Source: Bugula neritina
Lineage: Eukaryota; Animalia; Bryozoa
Assembly: GCA_964035545.1 (NCBI GenBank)
Contig: OZ037767.1
Coordinates: 1,065,680-1,129,679 of the forward strand
Length of the DNA: 64,000 bases
Direction: 5' to 3'
The translations under genes and the position numbers were made by a program. Positions within the stretch are counted from its first letter, which is position 1, and each line of letters begins with the position of its first letter. A model generated the notes under the pieces. It searched no databases and was not told where the DNA came from. It saw only the letters and a list, made by a program, of their open reading frames with translations. Below, in pieces: positions 56,317-64,000 of the stretch.

Positions 56317-56517
56317 GCTTAGAGTAATCTTCTCAACATATTCATAGTACCTCTAGTCTTTTTCTACATAATTCTTAAGTTTCAATTTACTAAAAAATTC
56401 AACAATTAAATCTTTGCATTGTTTAAAATACTTCAAAATGCATATTAATTAATATAATAGTACTAGTAGCTTGATAAATAATGTAATAATTTATTAAAAT
56501 GCACGCCTATGAATAAT

Positions 56518-56554
56518 TGTAAGTGTAACTTACACAGTGTAAGTTACACTTACA
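56518..56554. repeat. Perfect inverted repeat, 18-bp arms, 1-nt centre
   Basis: TGTAAGTGTAACTTACAC-A-GTGTAAGTTACACTTACA. Confidence 0.9.
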
Positions 56555-58143
56555 CAGTGTAACTTACAGGCCTAGTTTATACTGGGGTCTGGATTATAAT
56601 GACTGGACAACATTTATGAAACCGGTTTTCACTTGTTTAGCAGTAAAAATGGCCACTTATTTATTTTAAACTTTAGAAATAAAATTTAGAACATAAACTA
56701 ATAATAAATACAATAACTATGTTATCATTTGAACCAATACTCATGTATTAAAAGAGCTGATAACTCCGGATTTGAATTATTATACTTCTGCTTTATTCAA
56801 ATACTATGGTTTACCAGCTCTTCATTATCTTTTCTCTCTTTTTAAAAATTTATGATACACCGAATTTGATGTAAAAGATTAACATTTGCTCCCGTAACTC
56901 ACTGCAAAGCTCTCTATTTTTAAAGGTGACATGGCAGCAATACTTCACACATAGATGATCAGGTAAACTCTTTTATGATAATTTATATTTTTGAAATGCA
57001 ATCAAGCTATCCCCCAGTATAGCTGTACAGCTGGTTTTATATACTCCTGAACATATTATGTAAGATACTTGTAATACTTTTCTAGTTTTAAATAGTATCA
57101 ATACAATATTTTGGTACAATATATTAATACAATATTATTATGATAAAATAATATAATATATATATAATATAATATAATTATAATATAATATAATAGTAAA
57201 ATAATGTAATATAATAAGAATATAACATAATATGATATAATATAATATTATAATATAGTATAACATAATATAAGATAACATAATATATACAAGAATATAT
57301 TTACAGCCTGGAGGTTCCGTTTATTGGACACCCAAGTTCATCATAATGAATCTCTAGTTCAAGTAAAATAGCTATTATGATAGTTTAACGTTATAAAGTA
57401 TAACGCATCAGTGAAGATTTTTCACTACCTACGCCATTAAAACTGTACAATCTCAACCCTAGGCTATTTCTACTGATATATTAAATATAATATAGCTAAA
57501 GAAGGTGTCACGTAATTCATCTAATGTGTGGTTTATGTAAAACACTTTGTCCGGTGTTGTAAGTTCACTGCTTGCTTGCCTACTTCTATCTCTGGCCAAC
57601 CTCACCACTGCGTTACGACATCACGTGACCATAAATAAGCCGCTATTGTTTTGAACATAAATATCTGGCAGTAACTAGCTGACCTCAAACCAAAATGAGG
57701 TCACACGTGACATTACATGTAAATGATTGAATCAGTTTGACAAAGTCGTTGTACGGCTGCAGAAGTCATTGTCCTAAACTTGCTGAGGCTAATTGACCTC
57801 TAAAAGCCATAGTGGTGTTATATAATAGTTTACAGGGAGATGTGGTGGTCTAGCTAAGGTTACATCGGGCTAATATACTATTATACCTGTTTTACACCCT
57901 TAAGATGCTTTTTATTGTTTCTTATTGTGGATGAAAATAGGTGATATATATAATAACCTGGATGTGCTGTCAGTCCTTTTGTGAATTCTGCTGCTTTCCA
58001 AAGAGGTTTAGAAATTAGTTAATGAAAAATTTCATTGTTTTACAACTTATATTTTTTTGTTTATAAATTTATTCTCACAAGAATGTTTAATTCTCTTTAT
58101 CATATCATAATGATATGCTTATCACTTCTACATTACTAAGTAT

Positions 58144-58245
58144 TGTGTGCATGTGTGTGTGTGTGTTGTGTGTTGTGTGTTGTGTGTTGTGTGTTGTGTG
58201 TTGTGTGGTGTGTGTGTGTGTGTGTGTATGTGTGCGTATGTGTGT
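58144..58245. repeat. (GT)n/(GTGTT)n microsatellite
   Basis: Visible directly. Confidence 0.95.
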
Positions 58246-59041
58246 AGTATCCTGACTCACTGGACATCAGTCAAGACTTGAATCTGGGTTCCGCCACTAA
58301 ATTCTCAGACTGAGTCTTGACAGAATATTAATAAGTATTTAGTTCAAACTTTCAAAACAACACTTAATCCTACGAGTGGTCTGCACAGATCTGTAGCCCA
58401 TGTTGACCAGTGTACGTAATACTCATAACATTACAACTTGCATTCTACTGTATATTATATTAATCTTCATATTTATTTATTCTATTCTGCTGTATAATAA
58501 ATTACTCACTATAAGACTTCCTGATCCAACTGAAAAGGCAATAATTACTTTAAAGGTTTTAGTCAATTTTTTGTAAGTGCCAGACGCGCTGATTTCCGAG
58601 ATTAAATTAGCACATTTGGTTTAATTAGCTGTAACCAATGAAGTCATAATGCATAATGATGATATACATGCAGTGGGCTTTGATATACTCAACAGTTTTT
58701 TGTCTTTGCTAATTTTGTGGTTGACATTGCAGATGGTCTATAAGACACACCCTTTCTTGTTCAATCCTCAGAACCGATGTTTTCACAAAAACTCAGTAAA
58801 AGACTTGACTGTAGCTATAAGTCTTTGTGTTCATATTACCACTAATTAGAGTCAGTTTCCAAACATTTATAGAACTTAAAGTTAAATTGAGTTGGTTGTC
58901 TCTCCATTTTTTCTTCAACAGTATTAAAATTATGTTTTCAGGATTTTCAATAACCTGTAAATAACTAGTTAGCTATGATAAGGTGCTGTAATAATTCAGT
59001 AAGATGCTGACTTTATTATGATATGATATAAATAGGCTATA

Positions 59042-59256
59042 ATGGTATTAATAATATATATAGTAGTATCATCATATATGATATGGTATTAATAATATAT
59101 ATAGTAGTATCATCATATATGATATGGTAATAATAATATATATAGTAGTATCATCATATATGATATGGTAATAATAATATATATAGTAGTATCATCATAT
59201 ATGATATGGTATTAATAATATATATAGTAGTATCATCATATATGATATGGTATTAA
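59042..59256. repeat. 41-bp AT-rich tandem repeat x5
   Basis: ATGGTAWTAATAATATATATAGTAGTATCATCATATATGAT units. Confidence 0.95.
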
Positions 59257-62200
59257 CCATGTGGGGTGGATTGCACCATTTCCCATATTGATGGCCATAC
59301 TACTACACTATGTTTAGTTTCAGATGTTCCACTAAAACGTGTGGGAGAAAAACATTCTTAAATTTATAACAAAATTAGAGAAATAAATTGTGTGTTGAAA
59401 ATTAACTGGGATAGATGAGAGAATAGTCATGGTACAACACTATGTATAATACATATGTTGTACTAGGAGGTAATATATTGCTTTTTATCATAATACATCC
59501 TAATATACTGATGCGCTTTATATAATAAAATATTCTAACCAAGTACAATATAGTGCATTAATTGAAAGCTCTAATACAACTGAGGAAGGCTGCATTGTTT
59601 TGAGTTGTTATTTTCTTGCAGTTAACAAGCAATTTTGTCAGTAACACAGAGCTTTGCTGTTTTGGTGCCCATTAAATTCTACTTATAAGTTGTCCATAAT
59701 TTATAATATTTGTTGTGACAATCACAAAGATTTAGCAACTTTATGACAGATTAGTCAGTGATTGTGCCATTCCTTTCGTGTCCAAACTTTACCAACTTCT
59801 GATATAAGGCTGGTATTTTGTGTATGTGGGGTCAACATCATAATAATTTAATTGTTTTCTTGTTTTTGGAGATAAGAATCAGTGGATTGCGACACAGAGC
59901 TTGTCCTTAGATGGCCTGTGAAGTGACCAAGTCCAATGATCTGACCTGTTATATACATAGCCCACTCTTCAGATATATGGTGGCAATATGGTGGTGAAAT
60001 GCCAGCACTAATTGCTTTATAATAGAGTATCAAAGCAATGATTGAAAATAATATGTAACTTTAAGTTGTTTGTGGTAAGAAAGCCTTTATTTCGGCATCC
60101 TTTGTTCACAGAATAATACCTGTGGCAGGTTGAATGCACCGAGTTTATTTGCTACTGGGTAAAACATTCTCAATTGTGGTTTTATATCTTATGTGCACCA
60201 TAACCAGCCTGTACAACTCTTTCAGTAGTAAGTTGTAGCAAACTATAATTTTAAAAGTTTATGCAGGCGGTTGAATGAAACTATATGAAACATTACGGTC
60301 TTTTAAATCCTATTATACCAGACATCCAGCCTACATTTATGTGGCCCTCCAAGACATAACAAATACAATTATTTTGCACACATCTATGAAATATGAATTA
60401 TAGTAGAAAAATCACTTTTTAAATGTCTTAAATTTATACACATGCTAAAACATGCAGCCTGCAGTAACTATTGCAACTTTATTGTGTAAAGATTCATAAT
60501 TATCTGTAATAAAATAGTTTGAAAATGCTGATGCTGTGGCCCCCAGCCCAAGCTAGAGTTTACAATGTAGCCTTCATCATGGAATATTTCAGTTCAGTGG
60601 GCCTCAGTCTGTACAGGCTGCAGACGCCCCTGTTATATAGAATATATAATAGGTATATAGAATATTATAGCTCTGAGTTTAAAGGCAGGCAAGTTAATTG
60701 ACTAAATTCACAAGTTTTTGCCCTGATTAATTGTAAGGTTATATAACAGTAGAAATGTGGTGAATAAACACCTGATTGAAAAAATTACATTTTTTGCTGG
60801 GTTTTAAGATTCTTATTTTAATTGCATAAATTTGTGTCAAAGGTTGGGAAATTTAATAAATTATGATCTACAGCAGGCTGGTCAACTAGTGTATCTGCAT
60901 AAGTTGTAAACAAAATATTGCAACGTATTATGTGTGCAAGTAATTAAGGTTTTAGGGCTATTGCTTTTAGAAGCAGCCATCTTTCTAATCAAAAAGTAAA
61001 AAAACCATTCAGAGTAATATTATGCCGTCATGATTACATTTCTACTCCTTTAGCCCTTTTATCTAAAGTAAATATGGTATTTGTACATATTAAGATTAAA
61101 ATATTAGACACAATAAATCATTTACTGGCTGAAAAATAACTCTTACGATAGGAAGGTAAGTTGCTGTGCTACACCTGTGCTCATAGACTGGGTGCTTTTA
61201 ATACCCCAAATAAGCTTGTTTGTGGCATATATTTAGTTCATAATTTTATTAATGTCCTGATAACTAATTTATTCTGTAAGCCACGAAATATTCATTTTTT
61301 GTTATTTTTCTCAGACTGCATGAGTAGGGAGTTGAAACTAGCTTAGATGGGTTTTTGCAGAGCCAACTTGTTTGCTTCTAAGCTGCATGGTGTTGCTATA
61401 AAAATCATATTAGTTTTCTCCCGCAGTTAAGTTTTTATTTAAATAGTTTGTCATCATTAAAACATGCATCAGTCCTCATTTTAAAGCTTAATTTTATACA
61501 AAAGAAAGCTAGAAGGAATTAGTTTTGGTGGCAGCAGGATGGCAGCAATTAAGAGCACTCTGTCCAAATGAAGCTTTTACCCACACTCTGTGCGCCAGGC
61601 CCTAGCTTTTGTTAACTTGTTGAGTAGATAGGGAGTTCTTTCAAAACATCTCTTTCTTATTGTGCAATATTCTGATGTCAACATGAATCATAGAAAAAAC
61701 TCTCAAATTTTTACAGGACTGGAATATTGAGAAAATATATAAAATAAGGCATTTTGCTTTACAGCTGTGATGTCTTAAAACTTAGTGTAGGGGTAACATG
61801 GGGCACAACGGCCATAAGGGTGCAAAAGCTGGTCAAATTGTGAGAGAACTTATTGACTTAGAACTGTGATTTCTTTTTTTAATAAGAAAATATTGACATA
61901 ATTATTCAGCCATTGTAGTTTTAACACTTGCGGAGCATGAATGTTGAAGAGGCAAAACAAAAACTGTGTTTACCTACTTTTCATAATTTTTTTAAGATGT
62001 CATTAAAGCTTTATATAACTTTTTACACTCAAAGGTAACAAGCCTAGTTTTTCCTGATATTGTTGCCATTGCTTGTCTCCACATTGCTTAACTAGCATAA
62101 TAGCAAACTCTAAAATAAATTTTCTTTGAGCCACATTTATTTTCAAATTGGCCACCCGGGCACAATAGGCCACCTGACCATTGAACCCTGATCGCTGTTA

Positions 62201-62828
62201 TTAGTTTGGTAAAATCCATGGATATAGCCATAACTGATTTGCATGTTTTGTAAAATATCAAAGATATAATGATAAGAGTACTACACTACCAGGTTAAGCT
62301 GCCAGCATATACATCTGGTGAGGTTATAGCTTTGCCGTTTTATACATAATACAAAACACTCTGCTATTGCTACTGATGGACATGCCATAATATTCATTAT
62401 ACATTATATCATTGAGGAAATATACATGTATTTGACTAAAATAAATTGTGATTTGCTCTTTTCCTCCCTTTCCCCTTTCCCCCTTTCCACACTCCAGTCA
62501 CAAACTTCAGCCACCTTAGCTGCATTTCATAGTAATGTTACTAAAGTTTTTTCTAATAAAAGTTTCTGTGAAGTGGAGTTTTTATTCAGAAATAGAAAAA
62601 ACATTTTTAGTTCCAAACAGTAATGATAATGGCACCCCTGCTATCTGCCAATCTCCCCCCTCCCCCCCACCCGCTGGCCCTATATATATATATATATCAA
62701 ATAGAAAATTATTCTAAAAATATTCTCTATTTTGAAATATGTGTTATCCGTGATGCTTTTATTTACTTGTGGATGTACATTTGACCCAGGGGTGTTTTTA
62801 AGCATTGCATTATAAAAAAGTATATAGA

Positions 62829-62990
62829 GGGAGCAGCCGTGGTCTAGGGGTTAGAGTATTTGCCTAGTAAACATGAAGTCATGGGTTCAGTTCCGGACAA
62901 ATGCCATTGGCTGCGTTAGGAAAAGCATCCAGTCATAATTACTTTTGTGCCTCATTTAAATAAGTCTTTAGCCAGATTTAAAAAAAAACC
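62829..62990 (+). mobile_element. tRNA-derived SINE
   Basis: Pol III box A TGGTCTAGGGG (62840-62850) and box B GGTTCAGTTCC (62884-62894), no closing acceptor stem, a tRNA-unrelated body and an A-run near 62980. Confidence 0.7.
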
Positions 62991-64000
62991 CTTTCTATCA
63001 GGGGTTTCTCACAGAAATAGTGACTATAAACTTTTGTGAGTTTTTAATAAAAGAGTAAATCATTAGAGAGAAAATGCACTTGTACAGCTACTGCACTACA
63101 AGAGTTCTACTGCTTGAGGTGCTGGTATTGAACTGGGCTGGAAAATTTCTTCATCCACACTCTTCACTTGGAAGACAAAAATACTGGTAGAAGGGTTGCA
63201 GTTACGTAATTTTACCTATTCTATTCTCTATTCTCACATATCTCCGCTTTGTCCTGTGCGGGTAGTGGGAGTTACATAATTTTACCTGTTAAAGGAAAAT
63301 CGCGCTATATAGTGGGATTTCCACTTTCCTCATGCAATTATACTATTTTACGCCAAAGGCTTTATTGAAATTTTATAGTGTTTATTTGCTTTATTTTATA
63401 AAATTGTTACACTCCAGCAATTTTGGTTTCGTCTGCCCTTGCTTAGAATCCATGAGTTCAATAATTCTGCTAGAATTTCTGTTTCATGACAGTTCAACTT
63501 ATTTTATATTTATGTGTTTTGTAGACTCAAAGCAACTGTTAGCTTGCTAAAGCTCTGAACCACCAGAATATAACAGTAATTTCTACCAAGAATGTTCACT
63601 CGTGTCATCTAAATTTTAGCTGAACGCTTCGTAGGCGAGCTGAATTCTGATTGGCTAAATGGCATTCTAGCGTGACCATTGGTCACCAATTCAATACCAA
63701 TGCCTGTTCGTAGTAAATAATCTTTATTAATTGTAATAAATATATAAGAATGTTGGAATAGAATGTTACTACTGCAGAAAAGCATTATCACCACTAGTAA
63801 TAAGGAAAGAAAGCGAAAACTACAGCAGCATGAGAGAGAATACTAAACAACTATTGAAGTAGATGACACTATTTTCTAATAATATTTAGGTAAGAGTACA
63901 ATGCAACCCACAGCTTCTTCTCTGAGGTTATGTAACACAATACAAATGACTACAAGTACATAAGTGCTTCAGGTATGAATATTACTAGAATAATTTATTT

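Noticed and set aside
62829-62900. Functional tRNA gene
   Set aside because: A and B boxes are present but the acceptor stem does not close and the sequence continues into a SINE-like body.
63610-64000. Start of another gene (ATTGG box near 63650, donor-like AGGTAAG near 63888)
   Set aside because: No supportable coding exon inside the window.

Overview
AT-rich, intron-containing eukaryotic DNA from an invertebrate animal (lophotrochozoan-like gene content; the taxon is inference). Most long ORF-track entries are tandem-repeat artefacts, so I built gene models by hand from GT-AG junctions with consistent phase. In order: last exon of CFAP36 (+); two paralogous single-pass microprotein genes that I do not recognise (+); a divergent CTR/SLC31 copper-transporter-like gene (-) with an optional ~180-aa spliced C-terminal extension; RABL3 (+); HYLS1 (+); a two-sushi type I membrane protein resembling SUSD4/SUSD6 (+); a glycoprotein hormone alpha-2-like (GPA2) cystine-knot gene (-); and an LRR-LRRCT-TM receptor with an intron-split, very divergent TIR-like tail (-). 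Introns and spacers hold many minisatellites, a ~900-bp all-palindrome satellite, a LINE fragment, a tRNA-derived SINE and decayed transposon sequence. The best leads are the microprotein pair with its upstream 7x TCACGTGA array, the long-tailed CTR, the atypical Toll-like receptor next to an unpartnered GPA2-like ligand, and recurring 3/6-periodic tracts near four gene starts. No database searches were run; family calls rest on motif recognition.
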